A stretch of DNA of 61,495 nt, counting the filler, from Choristocarpus tenellus KU-1152 (taxonomy: Eukaryota > Protista > Phaeophyceae), in the NCBI GenBank assembly GCA_964200185.2. It is 5 parts of 5 records of this genome, joined end to end, with 100 filler letters (N's around TTAATTAATTAA, not from the genome) between each part and the next. Parts side by side here need not be neighbours in the genome. Positions count along the whole stretch, not along the records: positions 12,148 to 41,288 come from CAXNAD020000113.1; 4 more parts are not named here. One strand, 5' to 3'. The notes below the pieces were generated by a model. It did not search any database and was not told where the DNA came from. It saw only the letters and a program-made list of their open reading frames with translations. The position numbers were made by a program, and so were the translations under genes. Below are positions 26,539 through 39,214 of this stretch, one piece after another; position 1 is the first letter of the stretch; each line of letters starts with the position of its first letter.

Positions 26539-28296
26539 ATGAAGGCTGTGATCCTCCTAAGGTGTGTTATGCTGTTGATAGGGAGCAATTCCGGATCAGG
26601 TTTCCTTGAAGTAGCGCGAGGTGGCTTTCATGGGAAGTGCTGGGCGAGTTCTTGTTTCTTGACCTCTGCAAAGAAGATGAGAGGTCGATCTAGTTTGCAC
26701 ATGATGGAGCAACTGCAAACAGTCTCTATCACCTTCAAGCCCGCGGACATAGAGGTGGGTTCATCTTGAAATAATTACTCGCTTCAATTCGCTCTGTCCA
26801 GGTGAGATATCATTGGCACAACATGGTGTGTTGTCTTGTGACCGTGTCCCATTCCGTGCTCTTCCTTCCAGACTACTTGCGCCGCAGGAGAGAATTTGCT
26901 TGAAGTCGCCGGAAGGTGTGTGAATTGAACTTAATGGGAAATTCTTGTGTTCCGTGTGGTCACGATCAACGATCTCGAAGGTATCTAAGGATTGTGGGAC
27001 GGGTTGATATATCTTGGTTATTTTGACACCAAACCTAGTAGATCCTGCTTGAGATTTCTTGTTGAGTGCTTTCTCCTTCAACTCCTTATTCCCTTATTCC
27101 AATTAGTGTTGCACAGTATATAGGCTACAGCGGTTCTGTTACGTCCTTTACGTCCTCAGTCATGCTTCATGGGGAAAAAACGCGCCAAGACCTTAACACC
27201 CTTCACCCAAGTAGGTGTTCTGGTATGATTGAAGACAGCAAGAATCCTTTTTGCCACGATGGGGGATGCTACAACTGTGAAGTGGAAGTGGAGGAAGCAG
27301 ATGAATTGGTGCGATTATGTTGATCGTCCTGATAGGACAAAGTCAATAGAGGGGACCGTCTCCACATGTGCCATGGTTTCCTTGAGTAGCGTCATAGCCT
27401 ATCATTTCCAGGTCAATATACCAGTAGGAGTTATTTATGCTAGATCTAGGCAAAATTTTCTCGAATGGAGATCCTCACCCCTTCCATGCTGCAGTCTACT
27501 CCAGGATACATGAAAGTGCCTTGTACAGTACATGGTACAGAGACAATTGTTTATTGTTTTCTTCCCTGTCCTCGACTCAAACTCCTTCAAACTTTGTGTA
27601 CCAGCAATTATTAACCCTAACCTCTAGTTGTAGATATCCTCATGATCACATGTGCAATGCTTCTTCCTGCTACCACAGGGACTCAACGACAATGTAGTCC
27701 GTGCATGTCTCTTCAAGGTGCCCCCTCAGGCCAAGAAGCTGACCCTTCTTCAGGTAGGCTGTGCGCTCTCTCTGTCTCTGTTTCTGTCTCTGTCTCTCTC
27801 GCAGCTGGTGGATATTATGTTCCACTGTTCCGGTGTGCATAACATTATTTCTATTTGTTTTATGCTATGAAGATATTTCGAATCCTGACTTCATCGTGAA
27901 GAATATAGATACAGTATTTTCATGTTTCATTATCATACCTCTGCCTGGTTCCCATGTGTTCCTAACCCTTCACAACTGGTGTAGTGTCTCATTCTGTCCA
28001 TCCTCCTACTCTATCATTGAAATTCCAGCGTTAAAAGTATACCTCACATTAGTAGTGAGTGAACAATCTCCTGCATTTTTTCCCTAGTACAATCACCACC
28101 ATAAACGTTTTGACTGCTGTAGTGTTTCTTCTGGTCTTGCTATCTTGCCCTTCTGTATTTACCCCCCAGCATACCGCACTTGTAGCTGCTTCTTCAACTT
28201 CAGCAACCCAACAGACGTGCTTGCCCCGATGTCCCTTTTGCCTGTTGAATTCTCATGTAGATGAACAGTGATGACGCCTTCGATGGCATGGTGTGA
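26539..28296 (+). CDS. Plastid-targeted 2Fe-2S ferredoxin-like protein (~154 aa, 5 exons)
   Basis: Exons 26539-26754, 26872-26915, 27215-27308, 27679-27753 and 28261-28296 splice in frame. Signal-like peptide MKAVILLRCVMLLIGSNSGSG-F and a transit peptide precede VSITFKPADIETTCAAGENLLEVAGRCSG...FCHDGGCYNCEVEVEEADELGLNDNVVRACLFKVPP (CX4CX2CX19C). Confidence 0.85.
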
Positions 28297-31200
28297 CCAA
28301 TATTGGTATGTGCAGCAGGGTCCGTATCTCCCAATGGTAAATAGAGTAGAGTAGTGGATACAAAGCTGATATTATTGTATGTGTGAGGATGATGTTGCAC
28401 ATGGGTGTCATTTTGAAGAGTATGAAGTACGGAGGCAATAGTATGTTTTTTTCTACATCTTGTAGCAGTTGCTTGCTGGTAGTTTCCATTCATTCACTAA
28501 TTACTTAAGATTAGAATTATCCCTGGTAAACGATGAGACATGCAGTAGGTAAGGTTCTCGGAAGATGTTTGTAATCAAGTCAAGCTTTTCTTTTCTTTTG
28601 CTGTACCAACCCTACCCTCAGCCTCGTATCCTCTATATGGTGGGGCCAAACTGGTCGGGTTCCAAAGACCTTATTTTTTTCTGACTCCTTTTGTGTGAAC
28701 AACTAGATGTTGAGTGCAAGATTGATCTTTCAAGTTAACTGAAGATGTTCTCAAGGGATATAAATGTGCAAGGCAAACATCCAGTCCCTCTGAATGGCAG
28801 CTTGTAGTTGTGCTGCACAGAGGCACATTTCAGTCTGCTCCACTAATACACGGGTGTTTGGTGATCCAGATTACTATGATATAGGGCATGCTCTGATACC
28901 TGTAGAACTAACACTCACTATGGATTTCTAATACGTTGGAGTAATTGTTAGGTGTTGATCACCACGCAAGCTAGATTCGGGTGGTTCAACCCAGATTGGG
29001 TGTAAATGTCCTCCCTTTCTTCCTCAAATTAAGCCAAGGATGCCCCACAGGCTGGCACACTGCATGCTCGAAATTAATACAACACTTCATGATCTCTTCC
29101 CCCACTCATGGCTTGTTTCTCTGCTTTTAAAAACCGTTGTGAGTACACCATGTCCAGTACTCTCCTTGACTTTTGCTGTGGTCCCAAAACAACATATCAG
29201 TATGGACAGAGAAGTGCCTCAAGGCATTACAATGATAGTTTAGTGGTCAGGTGTTGCTTGTATCAACAAGGCTCGATATCATAATTGAAGCTGAAATTGT
29301 AGCAACAGGCAAAGTATCCTCTAATGAAGCAAGCCTCAACATCCTGACATCACCATGTTGAAAATCACAGGAACTGTGTCTTACATTCCCTCCTCCATTC
29401 TAGCAGTCCGTGACAAAGAAGCAGTCAGATCTAGTCACACAGCTCGTTTTCTTAGGGTTAGGGTTAGTGTGGTGTGAGATACCAGAACATGCTCCAGGAG
29501 ATAAACTTGATCTTCAAGAAGAAGAGTCAAGTATCCGCATGCGAGGTGAAGGTATTGCAATATATTTGAAGGATTAATATTTGAGGTGTTTTTCTAGTGC
29601 TGTAGAGTAGATTGAGAGATATATGTGGAGAGTTCATATAAACATGGAACAAACCAAAAAAAATCTCGATTGGAATCGAAATGTCCCCAGATTGCACAAG
29701 TAAGGTATGAGAAGTGCTTGGTGTGACCGTGATGTAAGAAAATTCCTACAGAGAATACAGGATAGATACGAGGATCTATATTCTTCTAATCTTTCCGTTT
29801 TACTCTAGTGTCGTGAATCGTGGATAAGATTAGATAAAATCCCAAGGAATCCAGATCGAAACCCAGGCCACTCATTATCCGAATGTTTCTTATTTTCTCC
29901 CTACTTTCGAATGTGTTTGAAAACAAGCGAATCACTAAACACTTCCTCGACTCTAAGGCATGATGACAATACCTGGATTTTGAGGAAAGTGGGAGTGAGT
30001 GTCTACCTAGGTCAGGTTTCCGACGTTGTCCTATTTGCAGGGACATACCCTCCTTCGTGCCAAGAATGATGGTAGAGAAGCTGGAGGGTGAGGATGAAAG
30101 CTCACGACTGAGCAGCAGAAAGTGAGGTATATGAAGTCCGCTAGATAGAGGGAGGAATCTCATTCTTCCTTCACGTAGTTTACGTAAGGGAGAGAATGCC
30201 CCATAGATACCGAAAATGTTGGGACTGTTCCCACTGTAGGGTCCTGCACACACTCACGCACTTTCAATGTTGAGAGGGGACCACCCCACTGGAAAAAAAC
30301 AGAAGGGATTCATAAAATGTACCCTTGCAGTTGTGTGTTAGAGCTTTGGCTGGTGGTGGTGTGGTAGTGTGGTGGTCGAACTCATTGTGATAGAGCATTT
30401 GCGGATGCAGAATGGTTTGAAGTTGTGGCTCTCAAATGTGCTGCAGGGCTCGTAATAATTGGTCCTTGTAGTGGGGCTTAGTATGGCCAGGTTGACAGGT
30501 AGTGGGAGAGGTTTTCAAACTTGCCTCACCAGGTCAAATTTGCCTGCTCAAGTCTTGTAGTTCATGCTACAGACAGGTGGAGAAAGAACACAACTTCCCA
30601 ACAACTGCGAATATTCCCACCCCGAAATTACACAAACTGGACCCAGAAAATGGTCAGCTCTTCATCTTCCTGTGATGCCTGACTGATGCGGATTTATAGG
30701 AGGTTGCCAAGGACGACAAAAGACGCACTGTCACCTGGAGATTGCGCAGTCACAGCAGTGTTGTGTAGCCACAGCCAAACAAATTGAATATACAAAAATT
30801 GTCATAACATTCATTCTGGGATAATCCCTCACATAGTTGTTCCTCATAAATCATAAGCACAAAAAAATAAACACCATGAGATTCATACTTTAGCCTATCT
30901 GGTGATGGGAAAGGAGCATGAAAAGAAGAGCACCTCAACAAAAATTCGCCTTTGGCCCCAACCAGACGGGGATGTTCCTGTCTTATGGACCTCTGCGACA
31001 ATCGACGCCCAGTCCTCTTTGCGCTCACCACCTTGTGGCCTTCACAGTTCTAATCAATTAAGCACGTAGAATTTCTTCAGATAATTAGGTATCAAGACCT
31101 TCTCTACCAAAATCATGTCAACTTACGATAACAAAATTTTGTATAGTTTCTTGAAGTAGAGTATCTTCGATCTAGAAGTAAATTGCCATGTCCCACCTAA

Positions 31201-32680
31201 CATCACCATTTTTGACACATCAGAAAACCTGACTCCCAAAACTAGCATCCCCCTTGAATATTTGACCATGTTCGACATGCGACCTCCATTATTCATGACA
31301 ACATATTACGACCGTTTTGCTCTGTATCGTCTGTTTTGAGGACAATGTTCGGGGGCATTTAATCTGAAACATTTCATTATTTCCGTATGTGAGGTCTTAG
31401 TCCTTTCCCCCCCCAATAAATGTCCGTGGTCAGGGCAATGTTCGGCAATCCTTCTTTGCTCTACAACATCTGTTATCCAGCAAATGCTCGAGTCCACCAC
31501 TTACTCTACATGTTTTGTTCAAACACCCCTTTTTGGTCAGTTAGGTAATTAGTCTTTCATAGAGTGGTCCGCTCATTATTTTCATCATCCACTCAATTTC
31601 TTTGGTCTTCTATGCAACTGCTCTATACGTACTCCAATCATACACCTTTATTCAGCAATTTCTTAGGAACTTTGGCATTTTATTCTGTAATGTTACATAT
31701 ATTGTATGCATTACGACTCTTACTCTGTATCTTCTATGAAATCAGCATTTATTCTGTAAGGCTACCTATGTATTACTAATACCGTATATTGTTCGCACTT
31801 GTTAGAACGCGAGAAACAATGCTCGCATGATTCGCCTGTCACAAATGTTCATGTTTGCTAAAACATGAGAAGAAATGCTCGTGCTATTTGCCTGTAAGAG
31901 GTGTGCATGTGTTCCAAAACGCTCCACAAGCTTACCATGATGGGGTATGCAGCTCCAATCCATAAGAATGCATGTGGATCATGCTCGTACAAGGTTTCAT
32001 GATTTACAAGTCGTCAAGTGTGACGCATCTCTTGCTTCGATTATTCACCTCATACGTATCATCAGAGTATGAAAGGAAGTGGTCAACGATGTACCATCTC
32101 AATGGGGGACCAGAATGACCAAATAATAGAGAAATAGTCTAGGGTTAGAAGAAGAAATATCTAAAATCTAGGACTTTAAGGTCCTAATGAATTTTGTGCA
32201 ACCGCCATCAAGGCATACCACATGCGCCCTAATATACTTGGGCTGCAGTACCTGACACAATAGTGGGATGTACATCAACAATCACAGCTTTTCCTTGGCA
32301 TGCCACCTGTCCATGAAGCTCTATGTACAGTCAATCACGTACTTGTAATACTTCTGTTGGTTTGTTGGCCTTGTATTGCATGCCTCACCGGCTATCCCCA
32401 ACTTCTCGAGGTCATATTGCAGGAACATCCACAACCTATTTTCCTGTCCACATTAGTTCCATTTCCCATCTAAAACTCCCCCAAACATCGTCGGCTTTTG
32501 AAGTATCTCATTCCTCATGCCTTCCATTGAGGCTGGGATAAGGATAGCTCTGTTTTTCACAGATAATATTTTTGGGTAATATGGTATAGAGGTCTATAAC
32601 AATACAATGACGAGATAATATCTCACACAATATAAACACAACTTCTTGATTCGTGCAAAGTGAGTGTCTAAACCAGAAAG

Positions 32681-32753
32681 GACCTCGTGGCCCAATGGAT
32701 ACGGCGCTGGCTTCCGACGCCAGAGACTGTGGGTTCGAGTCCCACCGAGGTCG
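32681..32753 (+). tRNA. tRNA-Arg(CCG)
   Basis: Acceptor stem GACCTCG/CGAGGTC, D-arm TGGCCCAATGGATACGGCG, anticodon stem CTGGC/GCCAG with loop TTCCGAC, T-loop GGTTCGAGTCC; 73 nt. Confidence 0.95.
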
Positions 32754-33020
32754 ACAAATGTCGGTTCGACGCCGCCTCAGAAAAACCAATCTTTTGTTGT
32801 GACCAAGGATGGACATGACTCACTTCCACCAACTTAAAACTTCGACGTATACTTTTGAAAATTTTCTTTCCTAAATTGCGGGCACTATCCTAACCTGTAG
32901 TCAGAGGCACCACAAACTGACCATTTGTTTTACTCACGAATTCTGGATTATCATTATTATTTTTATTCTATGTTTGCATTCCTCCCTATTCTTTTTCTCC
33001 CCCCATTCTAACAACCCTTG

Positions 33021-33390
33021 TGACCAACCAGTGTGACCTATTCGCCACCGATTTCCAGCCTCTGCACCTCTGATGAAAAACCAGGGCAAACCCCTTTTGT
33101 CTATGATTTCCAGCCACCACAACTCTGATGACTTGGCAGGGCAAACCCCTGCTGCCACTGATTTCCAGTCTCCCCTTCCATCCGATGACCAACCCAGGAG
33201 AAACCCTATTCACCCCTGATTTCCAGTCACCCCTTCCATCTGATGACCAACACGGGCGAACCCCCTTCACCCCTAATTTCCAATAACCCTCACATTTGAT
33301 GACCAACCAGGGGGAACCCCTCTCACCACTTATTTCTTGTGAACCCACCCATCCGATGACCAGACAGTGCGACCCCTTCCCCACTGATTA
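33021..33390. repeat. Degenerate minisatellite, ~55-58-bp unit x ~6.5
   Basis: Recurring (GA)TGACCAACCAGGG..AACCCC...TGATTTCCAG...CC units. Confidence 0.8.
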
Positions 33391-33899
33391 CTAATAGTGT
33401 ATACATGTACTCTCATATAACATTTTGTTTCACAAACCAAGCCTTTGGATAACGTGTCCCTACTGCTGCAAGCAGATTGAATGGCGCGTCCAGAATGTGT
33501 GGACTGCTTGACAGGTAAGAACACTTTCGTTGCAATTTATTGCTGTTGATGCCAACACTTGTATGATTTTCTTGTTATCTTTCTGCTGTTGCTTTGTTCT
33601 CATTTTCACAAAGGAAATGATGAATGGATACTATTGTCATTTGTATTCTATTACCTCTCTCCCATACGATTGTGCTGCGGAAAATCTGAACTCGCCGAGC
33701 GAGAACGGTGCCGAATCGGACGATAAACCCACAGTGTGAAATCGGGTTGATAATCTCAGCTTTCAGAATAGGTGGGGGCCAAGGATCATCAGGCACAAAC
33801 TCGAGGTGCTTTCAAGACGTCAAAGTAGGGATCGGTTGGGGTGATTTTGAGTCCAGAACTGGGCACACCGAGGGTCAGAACGTCGGCATGACAACCCCT

Positions 33900-35140
33900 T
33901 TGTTGACCCCCAGCGTAGAAAGGGTGGCAAAGTGTCCCTCAATACCAGGTTTGCGCTTGCAGTTTGGCACACCCTCACAATGGTCCCTGATGAGCATAAA
34001 CTGCCGTGACATGTTGGCCAGCCCTCGCGGTGGAGTTTGGAGTATCCGAGCGTTACATGCGAGAGCTCTGGGAGGACATCGCCGATCAGCTTGCCTGTGG
34101 CCACACGCTTGACCTAGGGGTGGCAGCACGTAGTGGGCGGCCTTCGGAGCTCACACTGACCAAGATGGCAATACATCATGTCAACTCCGATGGTCGGTCA
34201 TCCACAGTGCGTCAGGTGACAATGAAGATGACCGCCAAGGGACTGAATTATAACACAAGCACCATAAACAGGTAGTTGGATGATATTCTGGCCATACCGA
34301 ATTGCCGCTGGATCAAACCCAAGGTTAAATCGTGGCAAAAGGTATAGAGAATGGACTTTGCTTGCGACAAGTGGACTGGAAACGTTGTTTGTACGCCTCC
34401 ACAGCAAACACGATCCATGTGAATGAAACCTGGTTTTACGTGATGGCTGATGGGGAAAGGGTCAGGGTATTTCTGCATGAGGAAGATCGAGACCTTCCTA
34501 GGTCCCCTACTGTGCAGCACAAGAGTCGTATCCCCAAAACCGTGATCATTGCAGCCAACGCCCGCCCAGATTCGGCTCACAGCTTCCATGGAAAGCTTGT
34601 TGTTTGGTGTGTGTGTGCACCAAAATGGAAGATAGGACAAGCAACAATCATAAAAAGGATTCAATCAAGACCAAGATGCCTTGGTTGCAGGGGAAGCACG
34701 TTATCGTTCAGAAAGATGGTGCCACCCCTACACGGGCAAGGGCAACTCAGAAATATTGTCAGGGACAAGGAAGACTGAGGGGTCGTCGATTAGGCTTCTG
34801 ATGCAGCCATCTAACTCCCCCAACCGCAACATCATGGACCTGTGCTTCTTCAGTTCTTTGAAATGCCGGGTGATGGGGGAGCGGTTTGGGTCTGTCAAGG
34901 AGATGGTGAAGGTCATTATGAAACAGTATGAGGTGTATGACGAAACCACACTTGAGAGGGCTTGCTAGCTCTCTTTTGTGGTGTGTTATCAAGCACTTAG
35001 ATACAAAAAGGGGGGAATGACTTCAGTGTGGAGCATACAGGGGTAAGGAAGAGGCAGTTGTCTGGTGTGTTTAAAAACACGGAAAATGTAAACATGGAGG
35101 ATTTTTCTGTGACTGATAAAGTCGTGATGGAGGGGGAGTA
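33900..35140 (+). mobile_element. Decayed Tc1/mariner transposase, plant/oomycete DD39D type
   Basis: Motifs across frameshifts: RSGRP, WIKPRL, IHVNETWFY (cf. HVDEKWFY), VQHKSRIPK, ANARP..FHGK, QKDGATP, QPSNSPNRNIMDLCFFSSLK. Stops and frameshifts are present. Confidence 0.88.
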
Positions 35141-35299
35141 ATAATAATAACAGAAAGAGCTGACCCTTACCAGAAATTCTTCAAGGATTCCAAATCTTCT
35201 TCATCCACATCTTCAAACGTTATGGACAACACAGCATAGACTTACGGCACGGAAGCAGTACTGCTTTTATGCATCTCATTTTAATATTTTGTCTATTTT

Positions 35300-35557
35300 G
35301 AGTGAAAGTATCTTAGAGGGTACGAACTTTGTCCTGTTTGTCCATGTGGGGCTTGGCTTCCCATGGGTTTTTATTGAAATTTTACCTACTCCAAAATGTT
35401 TCAGAGTAGGTAAAATGTCTACATTATGAAAAGGAGTATTCAGACAAGGATATTGACATCTCCTAACAAACATGATAGCCAAAATTACATCAAAATTACA
35501 ACTTTGGATTTTGGTCCCCAAATGGACGCGGCTGTACCCTCTAAGATACTTTGGCTA
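35300..35557. mobile_element. MITE family B (~258 bp), TTTT TSD
   Basis: tttt-GAGTGAAAGTATCTTAGAGGGTA...TACCCTCTAAGATACTTTGGCTA-tttt; reverse-oriented relative of 56775-57031. Confidence 0.9.
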
Positions 35558-35799
35558 TTTTGTGTGATCCAGCGTATCTGTTGTTTGTGTCTTGAACAAA
35601 TGTTGTTTCTCTGGTGTAAGTATTTTTGTGTTTGAGTTGAGTCATGTTCATCGAAATACATGGCCAAGATATGGCTCTACGATGACACGATTGCATCTCT
35701 CCAACTGCAAGTATACTAACTACATACAGCACAGTAGTATATCACTATGTCTGATACAAGTGAGGAGCTACTATTTTTATACTCCTTGTAGAACAGACT

Positions 35800-38200
35800 G
35801 TATGTCCTGTACTACTATTGGATTACATTGTTAGATGTACTTCCTCTGTCCAGCATAAGTTTGAACAGATTGCGGGGAAGGCTGTGAGTGCACGATATGG
35901 TATGGTATGGTATCAGGTTTTCGATTTCTTGAGGGGGGTCTTCCAGACACTCCCATTGTGAAGTTGCCATAAAATCTCTGTGAAAATGTGATATCTCTTC
36001 TGCATTTAAAGCCTGACGAACAACCTTTTTGAAATGATGCTGAACAGACGAAGTAGATAGGTATGTGTTGAAATGAAACACGCACTATACCCTCTGTTCA
36101 TTTTTTCTCAGCTCCAACGATATCAATAAAGTATGCACATGATAAATCTCTGTCCATCGGACATTTATATATATATATATATGTATGTGTGCATATGTAT
36201 GATCAGTGATGTTGGGTATTGATTGTCTTAAGGGAAGTGCTCTGCAAAGACCGTTGATGCAATTACTGTGTTGTCCTGCCTATGGTGAATCTCAATCAAG
36301 CCTGATGGGTCATTCAGCACAGTACAAATTTCAATGTCAGGTTATCGTCAGTGACCATCTAATCATAATCGCAGAAGAGGTTCCAGTTCTAAAATATTGA
36401 CGGCGAAATGGGCCAATGCAAACTTGATAAGGAGTACTTTCTCATCTGTACCAAGATGGGAGTTACGGTAGTTAGGATTTGGGAAGTGTAGATGGCAGGA
36501 AGCATTGGTTATCACTGGACCAACTACTTTAGAGTTTGGTCGATCTTGCGATTTCTCCTCATCAACCCAACGGCAAACGACAATCAATTTGGTATAGAAT
36601 TATATGCCCACTGACGCTTTGCAGACAGATGTTGGTCATGGTGGGAATAAGAAGGAACGTGTAGGTTAAAGAATATACCAAAGATGACAGCAACAGAGTC
36701 TTCTTATTGTTTAATGTAGATGCCTTCAGATACGCAATATATTCAGAGTCGAAATTTGCTTGAAAAAGTGAAAACGACCAAGAAGGCTATCAACTCGAGT
36801 ACAGGTGTCAATCTTTTTGACACGTGGGAAACAATTTGTATCTGCCCCAACCAATCGGACGAGTTGATTGAACTTGATCAGAAATAAGTTCAGATCGAAA
36901 ATTTGACTGGACCATTGCATTGTGTGATGGCCTTGGACCAACCCCGGAAAGAAACTCTGGAACCCGGCTGGCCAATGAACCGGACAATGAAAAAATGTGC
37001 AATATCTCTGGACCGATGGTTCTATCAAAATCAATGGAGTCGGTCGTCCAGTGGACTGGACTATCACATTACTTGGTAGATCTGGTCGAACAGCTCAGAA
37101 AATGTTGAAGCCAAGCTGGACTGTGGACTAGACCATTTGTATTTACCAAGTCCAAGGGAAGGCCTTGAAATATACTACAATGCTCCACCCCTCCCATTCA
37201 CTACAGAGTACCTCTGACCTGCCATTTCCGCACACAGACATACTTGCACACCCCAGGTGTTTTGCACCTTCTACAGAACCCGAACTTCTACGCGATGGTA
37301 GTGTTGCGAAGGGGAATCGTGTGAGGCTCATAACTTGTTGAAACCTGAATCGAATGCATTGTATATGTAATACATAGATTACGAAGGAGGAGGAATCATG
37401 GTGTTGCAAAGCACCGATGAGTAGGAAGCGTAGTCTGTGGTATGAGTAGATGTGGTTGCGAAGTGAAGCACTGATACATTTGTTCTGTTGCAACTGAAGT
37501 AACTGATCTCTCGGTTAAGAATGATGTGATGTGAATACAGTTTTATTTCATGGTATACTTAATGAAAGAAGTATTTGCTCTGTGAAGAGGCTTGTTACCT
37601 TGGCTGGCAAGGGTTTCAGTAGATGGTTTTAACTCTGATTGTATTACATCCAAGTGTGCGTCAGGGGCACTATTGCAGAATGAGCTTGAGGTGCTAACTG
37701 AGGGGAAAATGACAATCAATAAAACAATAATCAACAATTACCGTGCATCTGGGGTCTTATGCATATAAAAAGAAAGAACAGGGATGGCAACAACAATAAA
37801 ATAGAAAATGAACACAAGGTAACAGTGGAACACACTTGATGCAAGTTCCGAAGTAACTTGGATGATGTGTGCTATGATCTTCCTGTGTGTGATGTGGATC
37901 AACTGAATATCAACTGATGCTATTCTTCTATCTACTGTCACCTATGTGATGATGATTCGTAAGGCGCAATAAATAAATAAACACTAACATCCAGTGCAGT
38001 GCACCAATCAACAGTCAGTACAAGCTGGTAGTATTGTGTATCATATCAACAAGAAACAAATGAGTAGCCTATGTTTGAACAGGTAGTCCTGTCCTTCACC
38101 ACTATGCTTATCAGCAATATTTGATGGAACTCTTCCCACACATGGTGGAAATCAAAACTGCACCATATTGTCCTCAAGGTGGAGGCGTCAGGTCAGGGAA
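35800..38200 (-). mobile_element. Possible highly decayed DNA-transposon coding remnant (CMC/EnSpm-like?)
   Basis: Broken frames carry KFGFCRRCK, SIFQGLPLDLV and FPPCVGRVPSNIA, loosely reminiscent of CMC-type transposases; there is no intact ORF. Confidence 0.25.
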
Positions 38201-38954
38201 CATCCTTAGGCCTCTTTGCTGATGATGAAAATGCTAAGGTGAACTTGAGGTTGGTGTTGAAGACTGACAAGCTGGATGAGATTGGGGAAGGGGCTAGGAC
38301 GGCGGGGAGAGGATCCACTGGGGTAGGATGGAGTGATGGGGGGGGGGCGTTCAGCGCAGTTGGAATCACCAAAGTGGCCATCTGGATTTGCTAGAGCTGT
38401 GGGGTCACCTTTGAGGTGTTCATGAGGAGATGTCTCGAATATTGTGATACGGGATATGTTCTTGCAGGGGGGAGGAGTGTCTAGGTCGGCATGTGTTATG
38501 TGATGAGAAAATGTGAATGTTAATGGGGAATTTCGGAGACAAAGAGGGTCATTGGGTCAGGTCACTCGATTATTTTTGCCTATATTATGTTGCTTCTTTC
38601 TAAGCTCTGTTTTACTATGAAGTAGATTGATTGCTGACGGATGTAGTGTCCAATTTGATGTGAATGTTTTGGTTTGCTACATCACAACATATTACAATTT
38701 CTCTATATACATGAAGTTTCCCATTGTTCATTCCACTCCCCCCCCCTCCTCCCCCTCTTGCTGACCGCTCTCTCAATTTATGTATTATGAAGGTTTACTG
38801 CCCTGCTGTAGTGAATGGATCTCGACGCATCAATACAGTAGATGTAAAAAGCTGGTCGATATTTGGCTTGCTCTACACAAATACACAGACAAGAATGAAG
38901 AAAGAGGTCGGGTGGGGGGGAGATTAATCATATTGACTCCTGGACTTGCTGTTG

Positions 38955-39214
38955 GACCCAAAACATTTAAGAGGGTAGGGTTGCGTTCGATTGGAGTCAT
39001 AAATACAATGCTGCGATTTTGATGAATTTTGGCTATCGTGTTTGTTAGCAAGTGTCAATATCCATGCTCCGGATACACATTGAATGGTCATATACATACT
39101 AGATAGCTATGTTCACACACAGAAAACTGAAAAAGGGCATAAAAGAAAAGTGTGAAGTCAGGCCCCAAACGGACAAACAGGCCAAACCTCCTCCCCTCTT
39201 CAAAGCTTTGACTC
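38955..39214. mobile_element. Diverged MITE family B relative (second copy at ~40577-40835)
   Basis: GACCCAAAACATTTAAGAGGGTAGGG...ttttggctatcgtgtttgttag.aagtgtcaatatcc...ggacaaacagg...CCCTCTTCAAAGCTTTGACTC. Confidence 0.75.

Noticed and set aside
29786-31031. ORFs of 155 aa and 93 aa on the minus strand
   Set aside because: No recognisable motif or consistent splice structure.
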